From the IMG/VR virus record IMGVR_UViG_3300020577_003313: a stretch of 64,000 nt of DNA, one strand, 5' to 3'. How positions within the stretch are numbered: the stretch's first letter is position 1; each line of letters opens with the position of its first letter. Shown here piece after piece: positions 30,613-39,902 of the stretch. The DNA is from a virus. Its lineage: Duplodnaviria; Caudoviricetes. The notes beneath the pieces are model-generated. The model worked only from the letters and a program-made list of their open reading frames with translations. It did not search any database and had not been told where the DNA came from. Position numbers and translations under genes: made by a program.

Positions 30613-31775
30613 TTTGCAGCTCCCCACTTTGCCACAGCTTCTCCGAACTCTTGTCCGTATTCTTCGTGGACAGCTTGTACCATAGCTTGAGCGCCAGCAT
30701 ATGTACCGCCAGGATGAGCATGTATTGCTCCGCCAGTATTAGCTAGCCAGTCGTTACCGACTTTAGCTTTAATAGAAGCTACTAGCCCAGGGTGCATTCC
30801 ACAGCTTAGAGCTGGTATAACGTTGTAAGATCTTAAGGTATCTAATACTTTAAGAGTTTCTGCGTCGTTATTTGAGTACCCACCAATCATGCCTGCATGA
30901 AGTGAGTCAACACCGCACATACCTGCTAGTTGGCACAAAACATTCCAGCTAATTCTATATGTGTTTGAGTTGTTAGTCAGAGTTTCTATTCCACTTCTTT
31001 GGTAGTGGATAAATATTGGCAAGTCTAGTTCTCTAATGGATTTGTAAGCACCAAGACCAGACCAGAAGTTAACATGAACTGAATTACCACCAAGCTTATG
31101 TACTAGTTTTACTCTATCTAGAATATGAGCAGGATCAGAATTTATGCACACGGAATAGATAGGTGGGTTAGCTTTATTTGCTAGAAAGTTAGCTACCAAA
31201 GGTACTCTATCTTCTATTTTACAGAAAGATGGATTAGATAGTATCTCGTCTTCCTTAATAAAATCAAGTCCACTGTCTACCATCTCCTTGACCATATCAA
31301 GAAGAGTCTCTTTACTCAAGCCAGTCTTTGGCTTGAGAATACCTCCAGCGAACGGTCTACTGTTTCTTGCGCCTCTCCTCTCTCTTAGTCCAGTTATACC
31401 GTATTTTGGTGGTAGCACTTTTAACTTAGGGGCCTCCAAGGCCACAACCTTGCAAGCAATAATATTGTCTATATCAGACTGGCCGCCTTGAATCATGCAT
31501 AATAGCTGAGATACTCCATCAGTTTCCCAGTCTAGATTAATATATGGAAAAGCTATTTCTACTCTATTTCCTGAGTAGCCCACAATCTTACAGCTATGAT
31601 TTCTAAATAGTTCTTCGGATTCCCATCTGTTTCTAAGATTAGGATTACCAACGCTTTGGCCTATAGCCAAATCCCAGGCAGCTTTTTGTATACCATCTCT
31701 TGAGATTATCTCATAGGTTACAAAGAAGTGTGTGTCTTTCAGTTCTTCTTTATTAGCTTCGGTTATTATCTTCAT
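30606..31775 (-). CDS. RuBisCO-like protein (form IV/RLP)
   Basis: PKYGITGLR, GILKPKTGLS, GLDFIKEDE, LHAG, LSCGMHPG, GGAIHAHPGG motifs of the RuBisCO large-subunit barrel. Confidence 0.92.
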   Translation of the reverse strand: MKIITEANKEELKDTHFFVTYEIISRDGIQKAAWDLAIGQSVGNPNLRNRWESEELFRNHSCKIVGYSGNRVEIAFPYINLDWETDGVSQLLCMIQGGQSDIDNIIACKVVALEAPKLKVLPPKYGITGLRERRGARNSRPFAGGILKPKTGLSKETLLDMVKEMVDSGLDFIKEDEILSNPSFCKIEDRVPLVANFLANKANPPIYSVCINSDPAHILDRVKLVHKLGGNSVHVNFWSGLGAYKSIRELDLPIFIHYQRSGIETLTNNSNTYRISWNVLCQLAGMCGVDSLHAGMIGGYSNNDAETLKVLDTLRSYNVIPALSCGMHPGLVASIKAKVGNDWLANTGGAIHAHPGGTYAGAQAMVQAVHEEYGQEFGEAVAKWGAAKC

Positions 31776-31777
31776 AG

Positions 31778-32104
31778 TTAATCAATGTTAAGATACTTGT
31801 CTGTTGGTATAGATGGCGTCTTTATGACTAAAATTTTACAGTCAGTTTGAAACTCAGCTTTTGTTATCTCTCCAGGTTCAATAACAAATATCTCATTCTT
31901 CTTTATAGGTATACCATTTATTGTCATCTTACCTTTTAAGAGGACATTGTATTCTGTAGCAATTTTATGGTGATGCCTTGGCCAGTCTTCGCCTTTCTTA
32001 TGCTTTAAGACTCCTACCTCAAAGTGCTTAGTCCTTAAAATATTAGGCTCAAAGTCACCGATTATCCACCCGCGATGGAAGTCTTTAAGGTTCGCGTGCT
32101 TCAT
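31778..32104 (-). CDS. cupin-fold protein
   Basis: GWIIGDFEP...HHHKIATEYNVLLKGKM...IEPGE. Confidence 0.8.
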   Translation of the reverse strand: MKHANLKDFHRGWIIGDFEPNILRTKHFEVGVLKHKKGEDWPRHHHKIATEYNVLLKGKMTINGIPIKKNEIFVIEPGEITKAEFQTDCKILVIKTPSIPTDKYLNID

Positions 32105-32825
32105 TAAGATATTTTCTTAAGTCTTCTGGAGTTCCAACAGGCCAGAACGAAGATACGGGTATATGGTAAGAACCCACTATCTGTTTCCGTTTGATCATAT
32201 AATTATACGACTTAGATATGTAGTACTCTCCGTTAGGAGCGGTATCTTTAGCCATAAACATATCTTCAGCACTTCTACAGAAGTACTTAGCTTTTCTCCA
32301 GAAATGGATACCGGTTAAAGCTGTATTGCTTATCTTAACTTTCTCGGTTAGCTTTACAGCATGACCATGGTTATCCAATTTTATGAAGCTGTGCGCTTCA
32401 TTTCCACCTTCAAATGTATTTACTATACCATCAAACCAATCACAGGTATTGCAGAAGGTATGGAAGGACATACCTGACCACTTCATTATCTGGTCGCAAT
32501 TAGCAGTAAATAATTGTTGTTCTTCATCAATGTTGAAGTGCATGATAGCGTTATACACGGTAGTAGCAGGACCGCTAGTTACTGTGTCGAAAGTATAGAT
32601 GTTCGGATTCTTGTACTCCGACTCAAGTTCTTTTATCAAGTCAAGATAGCCGTCAAACTTTCTAATAGCGAAGTAGATATTGTCTACCGGGAACTCTAAA
32701 GAGTTCACTGATGCAATAAGCATCGGCGCGCCATCTATATTTATCAAAGGCTTTATCTTGCTAAAACCTTGGTTAACAAATCTAGATCCCAGTCCTCCGA
32801 CTGGGATGATTAAGTTGCTAGTCAT
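32085..32825 (-). CDS. sugar-phosphate nucleotidyltransferase (NTP_transferase)
   Basis: IPVGGLGSRF...KPLI, TSGPATT, NCDQ, TEK, NGEYYIS, GTPEDL. Confidence 0.88.
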   Translation of the reverse strand: MTSNLIIPVGGLGSRFVNQGFSKIKPLINIDGAPMLIASVNSLEFPVDNIYFAIRKFDGYLDLIKELESEYKNPNIYTFDTVTSGPATTVYNAIMHFNIDEEQQLFTANCDQIMKWSGMSFHTFCNTCDWFDGIVNTFEGGNEAHSFIKLDNHGHAVKLTEKVKISNTALTGIHFWRKAKYFCRSAEDMFMAKDTAPNGEYYISKSYNYMIKRKQIVGSYHIPVSSFWPVGTPEDLRKYLNEAREP

Positions 32826-33420
32826 TAGTAGGTGGATAGATGTAAAGCGGATCCGTCTCCGCGTACGAGACTAGCTCTAACTTCCACTTAAGGCAATGAC
32901 AGGCTATACCTAGACGTTTCATAAGAGGTAGTAAGTAGTCTACCTTACTTACGTTATGCTTAGCATATCTTTCCATCAGTTGCCTTTCTGTAGGCTTAGC
33001 CTCAGTAGAGGTATCCTCGTCCATGACTTTAGTCATTAAATTGACTGGCAGCCCTATCGCGTAGTCTATGTAGTAGCCTCCGTCCCAGTTATGATAAGCT
33101 AGTACAGAAAGCTTAGTAGGATCTATGTTGTCCATTAGTAAGTCAGGATTACTAATGATCATGTCCGCGCGGATCTTAAGTAAGTAATCTATTCCCTTGT
33201 CCTCGGCAAGCTGGCACCCAGCCAGCGCACCTTCGAACTGTAAGTTGGAATTACCATAGCCTGGATTGTTTGGCTTTTGAGACCAGATACTCATGACAGG
33301 ATTAGGACCAAGAGTACCATTCCATAGTGAATATAAAACTGGTGTCTTGTAGTTCTGGTAGTGACTATGGAGCTGATCTAAATATTGATCAGTACCTTGT
33401 ACTAAGATTGCTTTTCTCAC
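32818..33420 (-). CDS. WavE-like LPS/capsule modification transferase
   Basis: ILVQG...YSLW...NSNLQ...G...LKIRAD matches the WavE pattern. Confidence 0.6.
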   Translation of the reverse strand: MRKAILVQGTDQYLDQLHSHYQNYKTPVLYSLWNGTLGPNPVMSIWSQKPNNPGYGNSNLQFEGALAGCQLAEDKGIDYLLKIRADMIISNPDLLMDNIDPTKLSVLAYHNWDGGYYIDYAIGLPVNLMTKVMDEDTSTEAKPTERQLMERYAKHNVSKVDYLLPLMKRLGIACHCLKWKLELVSYAETDPLYIYPPTND

Positions 33421-34088
33421 GTCCAGCCTCTTAGACCAAAATTAAATTGCGGAGCTAGACTTATGAGTTCTTGCTTATACTCTAAGTTCCATTTGCCCTT
33501 GCATACTGCGGTAGCAGCACAAGGAAAGACTGCTGAATCAAAATGGTTGACGCCTCTCTTAGGTTCTCCAGCATACCAGTAGAGTCCGTTGGTATGATTA
33601 TTCTTCTCTTCGGATTCTAACTGCCAGATATTATGCTGGGGATACTTATCTAAGTATCCCAGTATAAAGTCTTTATTGAACAGAGAGGCTTGTATAGCAA
33701 AATTATAGTCTACCTTATACAGGTACTTATGTGCAGTACTCTTAGCAGAAGATTCTGCTTTCATAAATCTTATGAAGTCTATATTATTCTCCATAACGTC
33801 AGCACAGTATAGTAAAAGGTTCCTATTAATGTTCCTATATAGAATAAAGTCTTCGTGGACAAATGCAAAATATTTGTTTTTTACTGTAGCTCTAATACCA
33901 TTTGCAAGTCTTCTTGAGTATGATAAACTATTATCATATTCCTGAAATAGATATCCAGGTATCTTGGGATCTTTGTCCGATAGAATTATCGGATTAAGAT
34001 CTCTAATTCCGTACTTTGCATAAGCAGAAACAAATAGATCTAGTACATCACGATACTCTGAGTTTGTATATATTAGCAGATCTATCAT
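33417..34088 (-). CDS. putative GT-A glycosyltransferase
   Basis: FVHEDFIL acidic motif, IQASLF, WQLE, KGKW. Confidence 0.55.
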   Translation of the reverse strand: MIDLLIYTNSEYRDVLDLFVSAYAKYGIRDLNPIILSDKDPKIPGYLFQEYDNSLSYSRRLANGIRATVKNKYFAFVHEDFILYRNINRNLLLYCADVMENNIDFIRFMKAESSAKSTAHKYLYKVDYNFAIQASLFNKDFILGYLDKYPQHNIWQLESEEKNNHTNGLYWYAGEPKRGVNHFDSAVFPCAATAVCKGKWNLEYKQELISLAPQFNFGLRGWT

Positions 34089-34723
34089 CTTACTTCTACT
34101 ATCTTGAAGGTCTTATTGTAATGCTTGTCGTCGTTTTGGATCGGTCTGGATCCGAAGTTTTTAGCATGTATAGCATCTGGTGGTAAAAATCTGCTGTCGT
34201 TACAAAATTCTGTTATTATTGAGTAACCTAGATTGCGATTTAACTCAGTTCCAAACTCAGTATAATGATCATAGTCATCAATCAGTATTATTGTGCCAGA
34301 CTTTACTACTGGCCCTAGCTTAGAATACCATCTAGCTCTAGCTATTCCGTCTGGACCATCTATGCTAATGAAGTCTGCCTTTGGTAAGTGTGTTAAGTCT
34401 ACTTTATCTATGTAGTTGAATACATCTTTATCTTTATGATTGTCTACAAACTTTCTCGGAAGATCATAGTTAATGTAGTTGACGTTAGGCAAATCATAGT
34501 AGCAGTACTCTTTATTGTTTTCTATACAATTAAATATGTAAGATTTGTAATTAGTTCTGAGGATGTCGTTAAATATTTTCGTAGACATTCCTCCTCCTAT
34601 TTCTAGGAACACCGGAGTCTCTATATTCTTATTAATAGACTCTAGAGCTATTCTAACAGAAGCCTCAGAAAGAGAAACCCCGCCTGTGAACAGCTTGCAC
34701 AAATCTAAGTTTAGGTTTATCAT
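34085..34723 (-). CDS. class I SAM-dependent methyltransferase
   Basis: FLEIGGGMST, IDGP, ILIDD. Confidence 0.75.
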   Translation of the reverse strand: MINLNLDLCKLFTGGVSLSEASVRIALESINKNIETPVFLEIGGGMSTKIFNDILRTNYKSYIFNCIENNKEYCYYDLPNVNYINYDLPRKFVDNHKDKDVFNYIDKVDLTHLPKADFISIDGPDGIARARWYSKLGPVVKSGTIILIDDYDHYTEFGTELNRNLGYSIITEFCNDSRFLPPDAIHAKNFGSRPIQNDDKHYNKTFKIVEVR

Positions 34724-35709
34724 TTTACAGAACTGATGTAGTCTCTGAAGGTATTATGCTCGTCATAGAATGACGGACTGCTTAGTACTTTATTTCTATC
34801 TAGATCTAGTTCTAGCTTATCCCACTTAAAATCCTCAAGCGGAGTATAAGTAATGCCAACCCATTCAGGCTTTTCATGGTCTGGAACATGAGTGGCAAAA
34901 CTCTTTAGGCCATTAAGTCCGTGCTTTAAGATCTTATCAAGCATTAAGATTTTCTCATCTAGACCACCTTCTAACTTATGACCTAGATATCTATTCTGTT
35001 TTAGGTGACCACCTACAAAACCAATATGATTGGTTCTAGCTTGGTCTGGCTTGATAGCATAAAGATTGTGAGCTTCTATGATTCTTTCTATGGCGCCATC
35101 ATGATCTATGTGACCGTGTTCTGGCCTGATCCTAGAGTTAGGATAATACCTAGCAAAGAAGGAAGCTGGATCTTCGAAGTATCCAGGCATCTCCATGACT
35201 GGAAGCATATACTTCTCTACCGCCTCACGTGTTATGCACGTCGGAGATGTACATTGAGGATCCCCAATAAGGAGTGAAGGATCACCTGGAAGGTGAACGA
35301 CATGCCGCCGCTTATGAGCAGCACAAAATATTCTTGGATACTTAGTAAGATAGCGAGTATAGCATTCATGGTTAAATCTTAGGAAGTCTGGAGACACTGG
35401 AGTGTCTTCCTCTCCTATGACTAGATACGGAGCATCGCTTTCTTTAAGCGAAATTCTGTAGCTATCCATGATATTGTAGCTAGCAAGCTGAGCATTCTTT
35501 CTATGGTCTTTCACGAATGTCTTCACATTTGTTTTGACCAAAGTCTTAAAAAACTCAATTACTTTGTGAGTATCTGGATCGTGTCCGTGATCAGGAAAAA
35601 AGAATATATCGTAATCGTTAATTTCCTTACACTTAAGATAGCTATTTAGAGTTACATAGAGAAACTCTGGACGCTGATAGCAGCTAATTGCAATTACTGG
35701 TTTTCTCAT
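34720..35709 (-). CDS. GT-A glycosyltransferase
   Basis: YQRPEFL...FFPD...IGEED...RTNHIG. Confidence 0.75.
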   Translation of the reverse strand: MRKPVIAISCYQRPEFLYVTLNSYLKCKEINDYDIFFFPDHGHDPDTHKVIEFFKTLVKTNVKTFVKDHRKNAQLASYNIMDSYRISLKESDAPYLVIGEEDTPVSPDFLRFNHECYTRYLTKYPRIFCAAHKRRHVVHLPGDPSLLIGDPQCTSPTCITREAVEKYMLPVMEMPGYFEDPASFFARYYPNSRIRPEHGHIDHDGAIERIIEAHNLYAIKPDQARTNHIGFVGGHLKQNRYLGHKLEGGLDEKILMLDKILKHGLNGLKSFATHVPDHEKPEWVGITYTPLEDFKWDKLELDLDRNKVLSSPSFYDEHNTFRDYISSVK

Positions 35710-36726
35710 TTATTGCCAAATATTAGGTGTTCTCGGAATTACGATCGGCCGTTCATTTGTTGATTTGACTGTATTGTATACAGGTATGAATCCAGTTGAG
35801 ATACAATTGATCAACTGAATAACATCTTCTTGTTTAATACCCTTAGACACATACTCATAAAGGTAATAGAACTTGGACATAGCTTGTCCAAGATGATGTT
35901 TAAACTGAAATACAAAATCTCTAAAGTCATCTGGCCATGCCGATGCCTTGGTCATTTCTAAGAACTTGGGAATATTCTTTAGATCATATTTAACCACGAG
36001 ACGGTTAAATTCTTGCTCTTCTTCTTGAGTTAAGAGCCGTGCCCCAGGTCCAGATTCGTGAATAGGATTAGAAACATTGTAGACACATTCATTGTAAATG
36101 AATGACTCGATAGTCTTCATGTGATAGAAGAAGCATCTATGATCGCCGATAGGGGCCTCAATCATTTTAGGCGAAGGACTATAGATGCTGTCTACCTGAG
36201 TTGGAGTAACATGCATCCCGCACGGACTATGGATGAAGTAGTTATGCTTGGAGCTTTTTCTATAGAAGATCCTCTTGGATCTTCTTAGGTAATCCTCTTG
36301 AGAAGGACTCTCTTGAACTCTCCAGAAGTTATTGCTACTATCTACAGCAAGATATGTTAGAGAAGGGATATAGACTATATTAAGTTGCGGCAGCTGGCTA
36401 ATTACTTTGTCTATGTTAGATACAACAGACATTAGGTTTTCACTTGGAAACTCGTCATCATCAAGAGCAAGTATCCAGTCGCCGTCTTCTACTACAGAGT
36501 TTCTCTTGTAGTACTGATCTACATGTCTTCCCTTCCACGGGGAATCTACTACTCTAAGATTAGGTATGCCACTGTAGAATGCTTTCGCGCTCTCAGTTAA
36601 GTTCCCGTCGACGACTACTGAATAGTCAAATCGGTGAGCATAATTTTGAAGAGCCCACTTTAATATGGAACCCGGAATGCCGTCTCCAGCATTCATAGTA
36701 ATATAGCCAAGTACAGTTTTGGTCAT
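35710..36726 (-). CDS. GT2-like glycosyltransferase
   Basis: VVVDG...DWILALDDDEF. Confidence 0.75.
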   Translation of the reverse strand: MTKTVLGYITMNAGDGIPGSILKWALQNYAHRFDYSVVVDGNLTESAKAFYSGIPNLRVVDSPWKGRHVDQYYKRNSVVEDGDWILALDDDEFPSENLMSVVSNIDKVISQLPQLNIVYIPSLTYLAVDSSNNFWRVQESPSQEDYLRRSKRIFYRKSSKHNYFIHSPCGMHVTPTQVDSIYSPSPKMIEAPIGDHRCFFYHMKTIESFIYNECVYNVSNPIHESGPGARLLTQEEEQEFNRLVVKYDLKNIPKFLEMTKASAWPDDFRDFVFQFKHHLGQAMSKFYYLYEYVSKGIKQEDVIQLINCISTGFIPVYNTVKSTNERPIVIPRTPNIWQ

Positions 36727-36968
36727 TTTTCTCTCTTATTGAATCCTTTGTGCCATATATAATGGGTAATCGTGTTACCAATTTTTAGGATTCTAGTCTC
36801 AGACTCTTCGGGCCAGAAGATGTGTAGTAGCTCGTGTATTAATGTTCCAAGGTAAAGTCTGTCCGGCATGCCAGAGCGAAGTTCTATTTTGTCTTTGCCT
36901 ATGTAGGCATAGCCATAGTACTTTCGTAGCTTCCTTTCTTTTATCTTTACCCTATGAAGCTTAACCAC
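36723..36968 (-). CDS. small HEXXH zincin-like protein
   Basis: TLIHELLH...E in 81 aa. Confidence 0.6.
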   Translation of the reverse strand: MVKLHRVKIKERKLRKYYGYAYIGKDKIELRSGMPDRLYLGTLIHELLHIFWPEESETRILKIGNTITHYIWHKGFNKREK

Positions 36969-36983
36969 GTTAGCTCAGGCTTA

Positions 36984-37697
36984 TCACTTTAGTCCGTGGC
37001 AAATCATGTTCTGCCACGTCGGATGGTGATGGTATATTCTAGTTGATCCGTGAATATAAGGATCTACGACTGATCCTATATCAATGTAGGAATTTCTTGG
37101 GTTCCTCTGGAACATAGATTTAATTACTATTTTGCTAATAGGCCCCACAGAAATCAAGAAAATCTTATCGCTATACTTACTGGCTATATGTTCACAGATT
37201 CTCTTTAGGCCCTGCATTCTGTTCTCGTCGTTGAATAGCTCAACGCTATTCGCCGGGAAGTATGCTGCGTCAATAACTTTAAATGGAAGGTTAGTGGCTC
37301 CTCTGAGCTTATCATTTCCAAAGATAATTACTTCCTTATCTTTTAGCCATGATATAACCTTGCTGTAGTTTCCGTTGACAAATATATTGGAGTAGGTTAC
37401 TCTATCGTTCCATATAGTACCCAACTCTTTTCTATAGTACTCAGACTTTTCTTTATCACAGCAAGGACAAGAAACGCCGAAGTAATAATTTGAAGCTCTA
37501 TATCCAAGAGCTGCTTCTAGTTCTCTAGATACAACTTCAAACTCTGGCGCCATGCGCCAGTCATATCCAGTAAGAGGTGTCTTAGTTAAGACAGCATGCT
37601 CACCATCAGCGAATCTACTAAAAGCAAAATGATCACGTCGATCTGCGGCACTTAGAATTGAGTCCAGATCTTTTACAAAGTCTTTAATTAGAAGCAT
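36984..37697 (-). CDS. GT-D fold (DUF1792-like) glycosyltransferase
   Basis: FAFSRFADGE, VGPISK, IDIGSVVD. Confidence 0.75.
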   Translation of the reverse strand: MLLIKDFVKDLDSILSAADRRDHFAFSRFADGEHAVLTKTPLTGYDWRMAPEFEVVSRELEAALGYRASNYYFGVSCPCCDKEKSEYYRKELGTIWNDRVTYSNIFVNGNYSKVISWLKDKEVIIFGNDKLRGATNLPFKVIDAAYFPANSVELFNDENRMQGLKRICEHIASKYSDKIFLISVGPISKIVIKSMFQRNPRNSYIDIGSVVDPYIHGSTRIYHHHPTWQNMICHGLK

Positions 37698-37703
37698 ATT
37701 ACT

Positions 37704-38483
37704 TTACTGAATTCCTTTCAGGGTTTTCCATCCTACATTCAGGCACTTACGGATAGCTTCATCTCTCTCAGAGAAGAACTGAGTGTGGCTAATAACTTTG
37801 CCATTAGACATGGCAACGTCATCTACACCTAGCTCATATGGTTTAGTAGAGCCCCACACATTTGGTAGTGAAGTAGGGTGAGGAGGACAGAATGTTTGGG
37901 TGCCGTATAATTTTTGAGCAAAAGCTGAAAGCTGTATATCCTCGGCATTCTGAAGAGTAACAGGATCATATGCCCAGAGGGCATTTAGTACTTTTCTATT
38001 AAAGAACCAAGCGTGACCAACCAGGTCAACGCGCTCTATCTTCTCGTTTCTAGATGGCCATCCGACTCTTACATGATCGGCATACTTCGAGGAGTTAAGA
38101 ATAACTCCAGCAGATCCTAGAATAGGATTTATTACTCCGGCAGTAGCTAGTCTACTAGTAGTGAGTAAACAATTTGAGTACCAATCTGGACCAGGAATAG
38201 TATCATCGTCTAGATAAGAAAGGTACTCAGTATCTGCTAATAACCCTAACGCGAATCTACCGTGGAACTTAAAGTTCCTAGAAGACCAGACGACAACGTC
38301 GACGCCGTCAATTCTTATATCTGATTCTTCATTGTCTTCATGATAGTTACACCATACCCATAGCTCATGGTTTATAGCCTTGTTATTAAACAAGGACTGT
38401 CCTCTAACTGCCTTTACCTGGGCCTCAAGATTTTGAGGTCTTCTATAGCAGTTGAGGATTGTTACTATGTGATTCTTAGTCAT
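37704..38483 (-). CDS. GT2-like glycosyltransferase
   Basis: ILNCYRRP, YLDDDTIPG, VDLVGHAW, AEDIQLS. Confidence 0.8.
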   Translation of the reverse strand: MTKNHIVTILNCYRRPQNLEAQVKAVRGQSLFNNKAINHELWVWCNYHEDNEESDIRIDGVDVVVWSSRNFKFHGRFALGLLADTEYLSYLDDDTIPGPDWYSNCLLTTSRLATAGVINPILGSAGVILNSSKYADHVRVGWPSRNEKIERVDLVGHAWFFNRKVLNALWAYDPVTLQNAEDIQLSAFAQKLYGTQTFCPPHPTSLPNVWGSTKPYELGVDDVAMSNGKVISHTQFFSERDEAIRKCLNVGWKTLKGIQ

Positions 38484-39084
38484 ATGTTCTTCCTGTTATC
38501 TTTCTAAACTGTTCCTTCATACTATCCATAGTAACTCCTTCCGTGCCCAAGATAGAGGCGATCAAAGCTCGATCGGATAGTAGTCTTGCTTCCTTAGAGT
38601 AGTCTAGACCTAGCTGATTAGCTAGGACATGAACTCTTCTCATGAACATCTTATCTACAGTCTTACCAATGCTGATGCTTTCTCTATAGGCATAGAGCAA
38701 CATAGCTAACCGCGCTGTCATATCCATAGACAGCATCCCAAAGAGTGCTTCTTCTGGAGAGTTATGGTACCAGTCAGCAAAGAAATGATCATTAGTTTCG
38801 GCGCTTAGGATGCTAATCTCATCTCTAAAATCGTCGAGCTTACCAGATATGATCTCAAATAAATTAGCATCGCTAAACATTGTTAGCTCTACATGTGGCT
38901 CAAAATGATGCCACAGTAAATCTTCTGGCTCTCTGTATTGATATATGATCTGCAAGATCTCGAAATACCTAGGAAGATACTTCTCAAGTGAGTCTTTCTT
39001 TTCCGCGTGTTCGGTAAGGATAAAGTTTATTCGGTAGTTCTTTTTACCGAGATCTTCGTAAGTTATTTTAGTCATTTTTGACAA
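38476..39084 (-). CDS. hypothetical protein (weak Lant_dehydr_C-like pattern)
   Basis: WHHFEPHVEL and HVLANQLG...E. Confidence 0.5.
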   Translation of the reverse strand: MSKMTKITYEDLGKKNYRINFILTEHAEKKDSLEKYLPRYFEILQIIYQYREPEDLLWHHFEPHVELTMFSDANLFEIISGKLDDFRDEISILSAETNDHFFADWYHNSPEEALFGMLSMDMTARLAMLLYAYRESISIGKTVDKMFMRRVHVLANQLGLDYSKEARLLSDRALIASILGTEGVTMDSMKEQFRKITGRTYD

Positions 39085-39899
39085 TTCGCGTGAATGAGAT
39101 CTAGGTTCTCTCTTGTTCTCTTTCTTAGGAACTCAACGAGTTCTATACCATGCATGCCATCGCAGTACCACTGTTCTTTTACTGCACCATATCTTTTATT
39201 AGTGATTACATTTAGTCTCATGCATCTAGCTTCCACAACTAGCCTACAGAAAGATTCTCTAACATTAGGAAAATAGACAAGCGTTGAGTACTTTGAAAGA
39301 ACATCATAGAACTGACGCTGTGGCACTTTCGGTAGGATTTCATAATCCAGAGTGTTCATTTTACAGAACCCAATAGCATTCTCTTGGCCCTTATCAGGGC
39401 CAGTATCTCCTATAATCGCGAACTTTGTACTTCGTTTTGCTTCAAATGACAAATATTGAAGAGCTCTTAGTTCTGCTTCGTCCCATATTGAAGTAGAAAG
39501 ATTAACAAAGTTTGCTTCAATACCATTAGCCCGGTAACATTCTAGGTGATCTGTTGACTGGAGATAGACAACTCTAGCGCGTCTAAAGAATCCAAGATTC
39601 ACTAGTTCGTTCTTTGGGAACACTCCATTAGGATATCTATGAGGCTGTCTTGTAGGATGAATCTTATAGTCGTGTTCAAAGATAGAATAATTGCCGTTGT
39701 CCATTAGAAGTTCTTTGAACTTCTCGTTCAACATTGTAGCGTTACTGACTATGTAGTGATGATCATATCTATAAGATACTACATCGCGGCTCTTTATAAC
39801 CTCGTAGTTGAGGGCTTTGTAGATATTTCTATCTACCATTTCTCCCCCAGCTTGATAGTCTTCGACTGTATAGTCGGCAATATATTTAACTTCTCTCAT
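39072..39899 (-). CDS. GT-B (GT4-like) glycosyltransferase
   Basis: GGE, EHDYK, ESFCRLVVEA. Confidence 0.75.
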   Translation of the reverse strand: MREVKYIADYTVEDYQAGGEMVDRNIYKALNYEVIKSRDVVSYRYDHHYIVSNATMLNEKFKELLMDNGNYSIFEHDYKIHPTRQPHRYPNGVFPKNELVNLGFFRRARVVYLQSTDHLECYRANGIEANFVNLSTSIWDEAELRALQYLSFEAKRSTKFAIIGDTGPDKGQENAIGFCKMNTLDYEILPKVPQRQFYDVLSKYSTLVYFPNVRESFCRLVVEARCMRLNVITNKRYGAVKEQWYCDGMHGIELVEFLRKRTRENLDLIHANCQK

Positions 39900-39902
39900 A
39901 GA

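Noticed and set aside
30606-31775. Bona fide CO2-fixing RuBisCO
   Set aside because: K334, H294, N123 and E60 equivalents appear substituted, and there is no PRK or small subunit in the window.
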